Shown here: positions 1-8,571 of the stretch, piece after piece | Numbering within the stretch: the stretch's first letter is position 1 | Layout: every line of letters starts with the position of its first letter | Source: Bacillota bacterium | Lineage (GTDB): Bacteria > Bacillota > Ch66 > Ch109 | Length of the DNA: 62,840 nucleotides | Direction: 5' to 3' | Assembly: GCA_050952625.1 (NCBI GenBank) | Contig: JBMNLH010000006.1 | Location: 1-62,840 of the forward strand | Notes under the pieces: model-generated | What the model was told of the DNA's origin: nothing | The model's input: only the letters and a program-made list of their open reading frames with translations | The model's database searches: none | Translations under genes and position numbers: made by a program

Positions 1-1135
1 TCTGTTCAGGGTATAGACAATGGCCTGCCGCCGCATCAAACCCGTATAACTGCTCCCGCGCTGCAAAAACCGGAGGCAGCGAGAAACACTCCGGCAACTT
101 TCCCTTCGGCATTACCGGCAACAGGCGCAAAAAACGGGCGGCTTGTGGCTATGACTGAGGGGATCGCAGGAAAGGATGGCCTGTACCCAACAGCACCTGA
201 ACCAACTATTAGTAACTCAGGCGCGGCACGTGGACAGGACTATGCTCAGGCTGTTGATACAACCGGCACTGCGGATAAGAAAATCCCCTTCCGGGTGATG
301 GCAGCGGCCGAACAGCAGCCACAACAGGCGGCGTCTGTGGTAACCGGCGATCTGAAAGCAGCAATCGGTCAGGATTTCGGTAAAACTATTGAGACAAATG
401 CACCGGTTGACCCTGGGAAAATTATTGGGATCGCAAAACCGGATGGTTCTCAACCGCCAAGGTCTGCACCTGAAACAATAGCCGGAAACTTTAACTCAAC
501 TCACGGTGGGGATTTAAGTAAGGGTAGCCATTCCGGCCCGGTAGTAGACGCCGGGATGCCCAAAAATGTTCCCGGCTCTGTTCAGGGTATAGACAATGGC
601 CTGCCGCCGCATCAAACCCGTATAACTGCTCCCGCGCTGCAAAAACCGGAGGCAGCGAGAAACACTCCGGCAACTTTCCCTTCGGCATTACCGGCAACAG
701 GCGCAAAAAACGGGCGGCTTGTGGCTATGACTGAGGGGATTGCAGGAAAGGATGGCCTGTACCCAACAGCACCTGAACCAACTATTAGTAACTCAGGCGC
801 GGCACGTGGACAGGACTATGCTCAGGCTGTTGATACAACCGGCACCGCGGATAAGAAAATCCCCTTCCGGGTGATGGCAGCGGCCGAACAGCAGCCACAA
901 CAGGCGGCGTCTGTGGTAACCGGTGATCTGAAAGCAGCAAGCGGTCAGGATCTTGGTAAGACTGTTGAGACAAATGCACCGGTTGACCCGGGTAAAATTA
1001 TTGGGATCGTAAAACCGGATGGTTTTCAACCGTCAAGGTCTGCACCTGAAACACTAGCCGGTAATTTTAACCCAACTCACGGTGGGGATTTAAGTAAGGG
1101 TAGCCATTCCGGCCCCGTAGTTGACACCGGGATGC
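1..1135 (+). repeat. In-frame tandem repeat, period 576 bp (192 aa), about 2 copies visible
   Basis: tctgttcagggtatagacaatggc at 1 and 577; similarity continues to ...ccgggatgc at 559 and 1135, with scattered substitutions. Confidence 0.95.
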
Positions 1136-1905
1136 TTGCCGGGGCCACAACAGTGGCTGAACTTCAACGACAGCAGTCGCCTGAGGCCAGAAAAGCAGTA
1201 AGCTTACAAACGCCGGTGACCGCACCGGGAGATGTACAGGTAAAACCGTTACGTATTTTATCCCTAAGTAATTTACAGCAACCACAGCTTGCCCGGCAGT
1301 TACTAAATGTACCTGCTATGTTGTCGGAACCGGCTAGATTGGGGCAAACAACAACGCAACCGGAGGCGAGTGCCGGTAAGGAGAACCCGGAAATTATCAA
1401 CTCGGAAATGCTTGTCTTTGAGAGGAGAACACCGGTAGTAAATAATATTGTCCCCGTATTAGAGGTAAAACAGGGTGAATTGACCGAACGCCTTGCTGCA
1501 TTGATGGTAAAGCAGTGTCGTTTATGGCCGAAGCAAGGAAGCGAGCGGTTGGAAATACTGCTTAAGCCTGAGTATTTGGGCAGCTTGCAAGTAAATATGG
1601 CCACCAAAGACGGGATATTGTTCGTGAAGTTTTATGTGGAACACCCGGAAGTAAAACAAATTTTAGAGAACAATCTCCCTCATTTAAGACAAGTACTTGC
1701 CGAACAGGGTATCGGGCTTGGCCGGATAGACGTGGAGGTAGGACAACAGTCATTGTTTTCAGGCCAGTCGCCGGAACAACAGTATCGCTCATCGGTGGCG
1801 CCGAAGTTTGGTAAAGGACGGGGCAAATCTCCGGAAAGTAGTTTGGCTGCTCTCCCGGTTTTAAAAAATCAGGCATCTTCTTCCCAGGTAAATTATTTAA
1901 TCTAA
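1..1905 (+). CDS. fliK: Flagellar hook-length control protein FliK, 5' end outside window, with internal 192-aa repeats
   Basis: Frame is open from base 1 (SVQGIDNG...). C-terminal FliK motif LEILLKPEYLGSLQV...LENNLPHLRQVLAEQG...VNYLI. Lies just before flgD. Confidence 0.9.
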   Translation, partial: SVQGIDNGLPPHQTRITAPALQKPEAARNTPATFPSALPATGAKNGRLVAMTEGIAGKDGLYPTAPEPTISNSGAARGQDYAQAVDTTGTADKKIPFRVMAAAEQQPQQAASVVTGDLKAAIGQDFGKTIETNAPVDPGKIIGIAKPDGSQPPRSAPETIAGNFNSTHGGDLSKGSHSGPVVDAGMPKNVPGSVQGIDNGLPPHQTRITAPALQKPEAARNTPATFPSALPATGAKNGRLVAMTEGIAGKDGLYPTAPEPTISNSGAARGQDYAQAVDTTGTADKKIPFRVMAAAEQQPQQAASVVTGDLKAASGQDLGKTVETNAPVDPGKIIGIVKPDGFQPSRSAPETLAGNFNPTHGGDLSKGSHSGPVVDTGMLAGATTVAELQRQQSPEARKAVSLQTPVTAPGDVQVKPLRILSLSNLQQPQLARQLLNVPAMLSEPARLGQTTTQPEASAGKENPEIINSEMLVFERRTPVVNNIVPVLEVKQGELTERLAALMVKQCRLWPKQGSERLEILLKPEYLGSLQVNMATKDGILFVKFYVEHPEVKQILENNLPHLRQVLAEQGIGLGRIDVEVGQQSLFSGQSPEQQYRSSVAPKFGKGRGKSPESSLAALPVLKNQASSSQVNYLI

Positions 1906-1917
1906 GGAGGTGGTAAG

Positions 1918-2352
1918 GTGTCTACTGCTCCCGTTTCCGGTACAACAAGCACCGGAAACAGCGTGCAAAATAGTACGCGTCAGACTTTTAATAAAGAGGA
2001 TTTCTTAAAACTGCTGGTGACGCAATTAAAATACCAAAATCCGCTTCAACCTACTGATAATAATGAATTTATGATGCAGCTCACCCAGTTTAGCATGTTG
2101 GAAACCTTGCAAGCATTAAAAACTTCTAGTGATGAAATGTTTCGGGTGGAAATGATGCGGTTAATTGGGACCAGAGTGGAGGCTGCTTTGCCTGGTGGTG
2201 AGGGAACGATTTCCGGGATAGTAAGCTCCGTAAAATTTCAAGAAGGCGTTCCCTATCTAAACGTAGACGGTCGGCAGGTAAGTTTATCTCAGATTCTGGA
2301 AGTTTCCCGGGATCCGGACGCAGCTCAGGAGGGTGGTGCGGTTGAGCCTTAA
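1918..2352 (+). CDS. flgD: Flagellar hook capping protein FlgD
   Basis: FLKLLVTQLKYQNPLQP..N.EF..QL.QFS.LE motif; AGGAGG RBS. Confidence 0.95.
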   Translation: MSTAPVSGTTSTGNSVQNSTRQTFNKEDFLKLLVTQLKYQNPLQPTDNNEFMMQLTQFSMLETLQALKTSSDEMFRVEMMRLIGTRVEAALPGGEGTISGIVSSVKFQEGVPYLNVDGRQVSLSQILEVSRDPDAAQEGGAVEP

Positions 2353-2725
2353 TGTGTATTTCCCTGGTCAGCCGCCGGTAAGCAGCCGGACGGTACCCGG
2401 GGCCGGAAATAGTATTAAAAAAAAAGGGGCCGATTTTCGGGAAATTTTAGGGCAAACCATCGCCGGCAGTCAGAAACTAATGTTTTCCCAACACGCTAGG
2501 CAGCGGCTGGAACTACGCCGGATTAATCTGACGGAACTGGATCTAAAGAAAATCGAAACCGCTGTAGATGTTGCTCAAGAAAAAGGAATTAAAGATTCTC
2601 TGATTTTGTTAAAGGACGTGGCGTTAGTGGTGAATGTCCCGAATCGCACTATTATTACGGCTGTAGAGGGCAGTAATTTGAAAAATAAAGTGTTTACCCA
2701 CATAGATGGAGCCGTTATTATTTGA
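2342..2725 (+). CDS. Flagellar operon protein, TIGR02530 family
   Basis: FSQHARQRL...LVVNVPNRTIITA...KVFTHIDGAVI; between flgD and flgE; TTG start 9 nt after AGGAGG. Confidence 0.85.
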   Translation: MSLNVYFPGQPPVSSRTVPGAGNSIKKKGADFREILGQTIAGSQKLMFSQHARQRLELRRINLTELDLKKIETAVDVAQEKGIKDSLILLKDVALVVNVPNRTIITAVEGSNLKNKVFTHIDGAVII

Positions 2726-2734
2726 AATTTATTT

Positions 2735-2784
2735 GGGCTGGACCTCTTTGAGGGAGCCCCGGTTGCTGATCGATAGAGGCAACC
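2735..2784 (+). promoter_or_regulatory. Two-hairpin RNA element upstream of the flgE RBS
   Basis: GGGCT-GGA-CCTC-TTT-GAGG-G-AGCCC followed by GGTTGC-TGATCGATAGAG-GCAACC; no U-tract, so not a terminator. Confidence 0.55.
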
Positions 2785-2808
2785 AGAAAAAAGAGGAGGA
2801 GCATCAAC

Positions 2809-3612
2809 GTGATACGTTCATTTTTTTCCGGGGTATCCGGGTTAAAAAGCCACCAGGTGCGTTTGGATGTTACCGGTAACAATATTGCCAACGTTAATAC
2901 TATTGGTTTTAAAAAGGGACGGGTAAACTTTCAAGATTTACTCAGTCAAACTATCAGGGAAGCTAAAGCAGTCGGAGAAGGTGCTAACCCGCAGCAAATT
3001 GGTAGCGGGGCAACTATTTCAAGTATTGATAATGTTTATACTCAGGGTTTTTCCCAAACCACTGATAATCCTTTAGATGTAATGATCCAGGGAGATGGTT
3101 TTTTTGTTTTAACAGACGCGAACGGTAATGAGTACTATACCCGGGTGGGTTCTTTTGGTTTTGATGAGAGCGGCAACTTAATCAACAATGCTGCTAAGGG
3201 ATTTAAAGTGAAAGGTGACACAGACTTATTCTTGGATGATCCCGAAGCAAGAAGTTTCAATATTACATCCGCAGGAGAGTTAAAGTATACAAAAGATGAT
3301 GGGACGATTGAACTAATAGGAACTATTCAATTGGTCCGTTTCCCAAACCCGGCCGGTCTTAAAAAAATAGGGGATAATTTATTTGCAGCTACGGAGATTT
3401 CCGGCACGGTAGGAGGCGGCACAGCTATAGAGGGTACCCCTGGAGCAGATGGTCTGGGAATAATTGTTCCGGGTGCCCTGGAAATGTCCAACGTTGATTT
3501 ATCCGAAGAAATGACCCAGATGATTACCACCCAGCGCGGTTTTCAGGCCAATGCCCGTACTATTACCGTTTCTGATCAATTTCTTGAAGAAGTGGTGAAC
3601 CTGAAGAGATAA
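2809..3612 (+). CDS. flgE: Flagellar hook protein FlgE (short, Bacillus-type)
   Basis: SGL...DV.GNNIANVNT.GFK and LEMSNVDL.EE...MI..QRGFQANAR; follows flgD. Confidence 0.85.
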   Translation: MIRSFFSGVSGLKSHQVRLDVTGNNIANVNTIGFKKGRVNFQDLLSQTIREAKAVGEGANPQQIGSGATISSIDNVYTQGFSQTTDNPLDVMIQGDGFFVLTDANGNEYYTRVGSFGFDESGNLINNAAKGFKVKGDTDLFLDDPEARSFNITSAGELKYTKDDGTIELIGTIQLVRFPNPAGLKKIGDNLFAATEISGTVGGGTAIEGTPGADGLGIIVPGALEMSNVDLSEEMTQMITTQRGFQANARTITVSDQFLEEVVNLKR

Positions 3613-3665
3613 CAGTAACTTTTTATGCTGGCTATGAGCAACATGACTTAGACGGGGGCCGGGCA

Positions 3666-3890
3666 GTGATTAAAATTACCTTGTTGGACAACCAGCAAAT
3701 TGCCATTAATGCCGAGTTGATTGAACGCATTGAGAGTGTACCGGAGACGGTGATTACTTTAACAAACAACAAAAAAATTTTAGTGCTGGAAACGTTAGAC
3801 GAAATAATCAGCGCCGTAATTCAATACCGGCACCTGGCATATGGAGATAAGTCCGGCGAACATTACCGCGGGTGGCACCCGGATGCGTAA
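3666..3890 (+). CDS. flbD: FlbD/SwrD family flagellar protein
   Basis: MIK.T.L....INAELIE.IE..PETVITL motif. Confidence 0.85.
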   Translation: MIKITLLDNQQIAINAELIERIESVPETVITLTNNKKILVLETLDEIISAVIQYRHLAYGDKSGEHYRGWHPDA

Positions 3891-4701
3891 ACTGGACTTC
3901 ATGACCGTCAGCGGTTTGTTTTGCGGAATTATGGCTATTTCCGTGGCGATTATAATGGGTGGCAACTGCGTGATCTTTTGGAACCTTCCCTCGGTGTTGA
4001 TCACGGTCTGTGGTTCATTTGCTGCTTTGCTGATTACTTTTGGTGCGGCACAAATTCGCAACGTACTGATCATTACCAAACATGTTTTTTTATCGAAAAG
4101 CTGGGATCTTCATGAGTTGATTGGAATATTGGTGGCGATGGCGCGTAAGGCCCGGCGCCATGGTTTGTTAGCGTTGGAGGAAGATATCCCGCAGTTGAGT
4201 GATCCTTTTTTTCAAAAAGCTGTGCGGATGATTGTAGATGCGATTGAGCCGGAAATGATCCGTCAGGTTCTGGAAACAGATATGCGGTTTACGGCCCGGC
4301 GCCACGAACTTGGCCAGCGGGTGTACCGCACCTGGGCCGGCCTGGCCCCTGCTTTTGGTATGATTGGAACTCTCATTGGTTTAATTCAAATGTTAGCTCA
4401 GATTGAAGATCCCAGTAAGTTAGGTGAAGGGATGGCCCTCGCTTTAATTACTACTTTTTACGGAGTGGTTATGGCCAATCTTATTTTAAATCCGATGACC
4501 GGAAAACTGGCATTACGCAGTGAAGAAGAGCTGTTAATCAAGGAGTTGATCCTTGAAGGGGTTACCTCAATCCAGGCCGGGTTAAACCCCCGGGTGTTGG
4601 AAGAAAAGTTGGGTTCTTTTCTCGCTCCGGACCAAAGAGCTGATAGTGTTCCCCCGTTGACAGGAATGGTAGAACAGGGTGATATCAAAGCACATGGCTA
4701 A
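3883..4701 (+). CDS. motA: Flagellar stator A subunit (MotA/MotP/PomA type)
   Basis: ARRHGLLALEE, APAFGMIGTLIGL, ALITTFYG; ATG at 3883. Confidence 0.93.
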   Translation: MRKLDFMTVSGLFCGIMAISVAIIMGGNCVIFWNLPSVLITVCGSFAALLITFGAAQIRNVLIITKHVFLSKSWDLHELIGILVAMARKARRHGLLALEEDIPQLSDPFFQKAVRMIVDAIEPEMIRQVLETDMRFTARRHELGQRVYRTWAGLAPAFGMIGTLIGLIQMLAQIEDPSKLGEGMALALITTFYGVVMANLILNPMTGKLALRSEEELLIKELILEGVTSIQAGLNPRVLEEKLGSFLAPDQRADSVPPLTGMVEQGDIKAHG

Positions 4702-5449
4702 GTATTTAATAAAAAAGACACCTGATGCTGAGGGAGCTCCGGCATGGATGCTTATTTACAGCGATATTGTGACACTGCTACTTGTAATTTTTGTCCTGAT
4801 GTACTCTTTTTCAGCGATGGATTTACAAAGGTTTAAGGCATTTACTTCCTCCTTTCAAGATTTAATGCATTATGAGCAGCCCCCGGATACCTTTCAGGCA
4901 GCAGCATTGCCAGAGTTAAGCGAACAGGAAATACAGATATTAATTAAGGAGCAACAACTCATCCGGGCCAAAATAAATAATTTATATGAAAAAGTTGAGG
5001 ACTATTTAAAAGAATCCGGCCTGGAAGATATGGTTAGTGCTCAGGTGGAAGATCGTGGGGTAGCGTTGGATGTGAAAGAAAAGATTATGTTTGACGGCGG
5101 TCAGGCTGTGTTGAAACCGGGAGCTATGCACATCCTGGATCGGTTGGCCAAACTTTTTGCTAGTTTACCATATCAGATTTTAGTGGAAGGTCATACTGAC
5201 CAGCGTAATATCAATACTATTGAATATCCATCTAACTGGGAGTTGTCTAGTGCTCGTTCGGCAATAGTGGTGCGGTATTTTACCAAAGTATACGGCTTAG
5301 ATCCGGCAAGGTTTGCTGCTGTGGGTTTTGCGGAATACCGTCCGGTTGCCCCTAACACTAGCGAAGCTAATATGGCCCTGAACCGTAGGGTTGTGATGGT
5401 CATTAATGTTAAAGATATTTTCACGAGTGAGGTACTCAAAGGTGACTAA
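4694..5449 (+). CDS. motB: Flagellar stator B subunit (MotB/MotS type) with OmpA-like domain
   Basis: WMLIYSDIVTLLL transmembrane motif; GHTD, NWELSSAR, NRRV. Confidence 0.93.
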   Translation: MAKYLIKKTPDAEGAPAWMLIYSDIVTLLLVIFVLMYSFSAMDLQRFKAFTSSFQDLMHYEQPPDTFQAAALPELSEQEIQILIKEQQLIRAKINNLYEKVEDYLKESGLEDMVSAQVEDRGVALDVKEKIMFDGGQAVLKPGAMHILDRLAKLFASLPYQILVEGHTDQRNINTIEYPSNWELSSARSAIVVRYFTKVYGLDPARFAAVGFAEYRPVAPNTSEANMALNRRVVMVINVKDIFTSEVLKGD

Positions 5450-5966
5450 AGAGGAAGCAAAAAAGGGAACCACTGTTCAAAAAATTATGGGTACGAAAAA
5501 GGTAGTAATACTAATTGTTGTGGGGGCCTTACTGGGGGGTTTTGGGCTAAACTACCTGCCGAAATTTATCAATAGTGCAGGTGCGTCTAGCCAGGAAGTA
5601 TCAAAAACGGAGGTTTCTAACAAAAGAGAGACAAAACATGATAATTCCGGTGCGGAAAAGGCGCAACCAGGCAGTACCAAATTAGATAGTTTTATCGTTA
5701 ATCTAGCTAACCCCGAATATCATCGTTATCTCAAAGTAACCATAACCCTTTATTATACTAATGAGTTTGTGGGTGAAGAAATTGAACAAAAAAATTATCA
5801 AATACGGGATGTCGTTATCGGCGTGCTTCGCAGTAAAACGGAAAACGATCTTAGTACCTCGGCAAAAATCGAGCAGCTACGCAAGGAATTGGTAGAGGTG
5901 CTGAATGAGGTACTGGAGCGAGGAAATATTAAAGGTCTTTATTTTGAAGAATTTATTATTCAGTGA
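5442..5966 (+). CDS. fliL: Flagellar basal body protein FliL
   Basis: N-terminal TM; FIVNLA...YLKV...IRD...LYFEEFIIQ. Confidence 0.9.
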   Translation: MTKEEAKKGTTVQKIMGTKKVVILIVVGALLGGFGLNYLPKFINSAGASSQEVSKTEVSNKRETKHDNSGAEKAQPGSTKLDSFIVNLANPEYHRYLKVTITLYYTNEFVGEEIEQKNYQIRDVVIGVLRSKTENDLSTSAKIEQLRKELVEVLNEVLERGNIKGLYFEEFIIQ

Positions 5967-5977
5967 GGCGATGGACT

Positions 5978-6358
5978 TTGTCTTCCAGTAACCTAACCCA
6001 AGAAGAAATCAACCGGATGCTGGCCAATTTGGCGGACGGCCAGGAGCACCAGACGGTCCAAAAGGTAAGGTTCATGCCCTTGGAGCCGGTACCCGGAGGT
6101 AAGCCGCACATGTGCAGTATTGATTTTTTACAAAAAGTGCCGGTGTTACTTACGGTAGAGTTGGGGAAGTGTATTCTTTCCGTAAAAGAAATCCTGGATT
6201 TGAAGAAAGGATCTGTGCTCCAATTAAATAAATTAGCCGGGGAGCCGGTGGAAATTTTGATAAATGAACGTTTAATAGCCTCAGGGGAGGTCTTGGTGAT
6301 TAACGATGTGGTGGGAGTAAGAGTGAACGCCTTGCTAGCAGATGATGAGAAAAAATAG
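5978..6358 (+). CDS. fliN: Flagellar switch protein FliN-like (SpoA domain)
   Basis: LTQEEI N-terminal peptide; VELG...L.LKKGSV..L.KLAGEPVEILIN...GEV.VIND..GVRV. Confidence 0.8.
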   Translation: MSSSNLTQEEINRMLANLADGQEHQTVQKVRFMPLEPVPGGKPHMCSIDFLQKVPVLLTVELGKCILSVKEILDLKKGSVLQLNKLAGEPVEILINERLIASGEVLVINDVVGVRVNALLADDEKK

Positions 6359-6370
6359 GGGGGCCAGTTT

Positions 6371-6724
6371 TTGGATTGGGAACTAATAAGTGCTATTGTA
6401 AGATTAATTATTTTTTTACCATTAGTGCTTTTGTTAGCTTACTATGTGGTAAAACGCGGGTGGGGATCCCGTTATTACCGGTACCCTAACAGCCAGATGC
6501 AAATAGTAGACCGCATTTTTATTGGTCCTAAGCAATGTCTGAGTGTGGTTAAATTGCTTGACCGTTTTTATCTGGTAGCGGTAAGCGAGCAGCAGATTCA
6601 ATTATTAAAAGAATTAGCAGATTACCCGATAACCAATGGTCCGGAATTATCTGAAGATTTTCTTGTATCCGGGGTCAAAAAATGGTTAGCGGGGATGGCT
6701 CAAAAAGCTGGAAACAAAAAATGA
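6371..6724 (+). CDS. fliO: FliO/FliZ flagellar export protein
   Basis: N-terminal TM, then IVDRIFIGPKQ.L.VV; directly before fliP. Confidence 0.8.
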   Translation: MDWELISAIVRLIIFLPLVLLLAYYVVKRGWGSRYYRYPNSQMQIVDRIFIGPKQCLSVVKLLDRFYLVAVSEQQIQLLKELADYPITNGPELSEDFLVSGVKKWLAGMAQKAGNKK

Positions 6725-7506
6725 TTAAATCGGACAAAAACAAGTACAAGCTGTGTTTTATATTTTTTACTATGGTTATTGTAGTTGCTCTACTAGGGCT
6801 TCTCCCTTGCTTGTTGCGAGTGGGTCAAGCGGCACCTTTGCCCGGTTTTGAATTACGATTGCAGCCTACGGACCAGCCTGAGGCTGTGGTGGGGACTGTG
6901 CGCTTGCTTGTTTTACTTACAGCTTTAGCGTTGGTGCCCGCGTTTCTAGTGATGACTACTTCTTTTACTAGAATTATTGTGGTTTTGTCCTTTGTACGCA
7001 ATGCGCTGGCCACTCAGCAAACGCCGCCCAATCAATTATTAATTGGACTGGCTTTATTTCTTACGTTTTTTACCATGGGGCCGCTTTTTAGCCAGATCAA
7101 CCAACAGGCGGTAACACCCTACCTGGCGGGAACAATGAGCCAGGAAGAGGCCCTTAGTATTGGGGAAAAACCGTTGCGGGAGTTTATGTTTAAGCAGACC
7201 CGGGAAAAGGACCTGGCGTTATTTATCAGTATGGCGCAAATCCCCTACCCGCGCCAGCGCGATGACGTGCCTTTCCGGGTGCTGGTACCGGCTTTTGTAA
7301 TTAGCGAACTTAAAACTGCTTTTCAAATGGGATTTTTGATTTATATCCCTTTTTTAATTATAGATATTGTCGTAGCCAGTACATTAATGGCAATGGGGAT
7401 GTTTATGGTACCGCCGATCATGATCTCGCTGCCTTTTAAAATTTTGCTGTTTATCCTGGTTGATGGGTGGTATCTGATTGTAAAGTCGTTAATACAGAGT
7501 TTTTAG
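6721..7506 (+). CDS. fliP: Flagellar export protein FliP
   Basis: MTTSFTRIIVVL, TPPNQ, PAFVISELKTAFQ, LPFKILLFILVDGW. Confidence 0.97.
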   Translation: MIKSDKNKYKLCFIFFTMVIVVALLGLLPCLLRVGQAAPLPGFELRLQPTDQPEAVVGTVRLLVLLTALALVPAFLVMTTSFTRIIVVLSFVRNALATQQTPPNQLLIGLALFLTFFTMGPLFSQINQQAVTPYLAGTMSQEEALSIGEKPLREFMFKQTREKDLALFISMAQIPYPRQRDDVPFRVLVPAFVISELKTAFQMGFLIYIPFLIIDIVVASTLMAMGMFMVPPIMISLPFKILLFILVDGWYLIVKSLIQSF

Positions 7507-7518
7507 GAGGAGAAGCAT

Positions 7519-7788
7519 ATGTCTCAGGAATTTGTGCTTGGCCTGGCCAAACAATCGTTGACTATGATACTGATGCTTGCCGGCCCGGTGTTAATAGTAT
7601 CGTTGGTAGTAGGTGTTTTCATTAGTATCATCCAGGCGACTACCCAGGTCCAGGAACCGACGCTTTCATTTATTCCTAAAATAATAGCTGTTTTTGCTGT
7701 TATGCTTCTCCTGGGAAGCTGGATGTTAAATACCCTGCTGATGTTTACCCAGGAATTGTTCAATAAAATGGGTACTGTGTTGCGATAG
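7519..7788 (+). CDS. fliQ: Flagellar export protein FliQ
   Basis: QATTQVQEPTLSFIPK. Confidence 0.97.
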   Translation: MSQEFVLGLAKQSLTMILMLAGPVLIVSLVVGVFISIIQATTQVQEPTLSFIPKIIAVFAVMLLLGSWMLNTLLMFTQELFNKMGTVLR

Positions 7789-7800
7789 GAGCCGGAAACA

Positions 7801-8571
7801 TTGGTAGATTTTATCCAACTAGAGTTATTTTTACTGGTATTGGCCCGGATAACAGCATTCCTTGTTATTTCTCCTATCTTTGCGCTTAAAGGAGTTCCTG
7901 CGCTGGTAAAGATCGGTTTAGGACTGTTGCTTTCGTTATTGATTTTTCCGGGGATCCAACCGGGACTAGAGCAGGCTAGTGTAAGTGCCCCTGATTTTAC
8001 CATGAAAATAATGAGGGAAGTGCTGATGGGGTTGACACTGGGGTTTGTGGCTTTGCTGGTCTTTAATAGTATGGTGATGGCGGGAAAAATAATGGACCTG
8101 GAATGTGGCTTTATGATGAGTACTCTGCTGGATCCCCAAACCGGTGCGGGGGTTACTTTGTTGGGGCAATTTCTTTATGTGTTAGGACTACTTTTATTCT
8201 TGACCCTGGATGCGCACCATCTGCTCTTACGTTTATTGGCAAACAGTTTCAGGTTAATTCCCCTGGAGGCGGCTGTCTTTTCCCCGGAACTGACCGGGCA
8301 AATATGGAAGATTTTTATCGATATATTTTCTCTGGCTTTTCAAATTGCGACCCCTTTATTAGTTGTACTCGTGACCAGTGATTTGGTTTTATCGTTAATC
8401 GCGCGCTCGGTACCGCAATTAAATGTCTTTATGATTGGTTTACCTTTAAAGGCGGGGCTGGGGATCTTGACTTTAAGTCTACTGGTGCCCTTCTTGTTGA
8501 CGATTTTTAGCAGTCTCTTGACGGTGATGGAAAAAGATATATTGCTGGTTATGCAATTGTTTAGGCCATGA
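7801..8571 (+). CDS. fliR: Flagellar export protein FliR
   Basis: Hydrophobic; DPQTG, HH, ARSVPQLNVF..GLPLK. Confidence 0.95.
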   Translation: MVDFIQLELFLLVLARITAFLVISPIFALKGVPALVKIGLGLLLSLLIFPGIQPGLEQASVSAPDFTMKIMREVLMGLTLGFVALLVFNSMVMAGKIMDLECGFMMSTLLDPQTGAGVTLLGQFLYVLGLLLFLTLDAHHLLLRLLANSFRLIPLEAAVFSPELTGQIWKIFIDIFSLAFQIATPLLVVLVTSDLVLSLIARSVPQLNVFMIGLPLKAGLGILTLSLLVPFLLTIFSSLLTVMEKDILLVMQLFRP

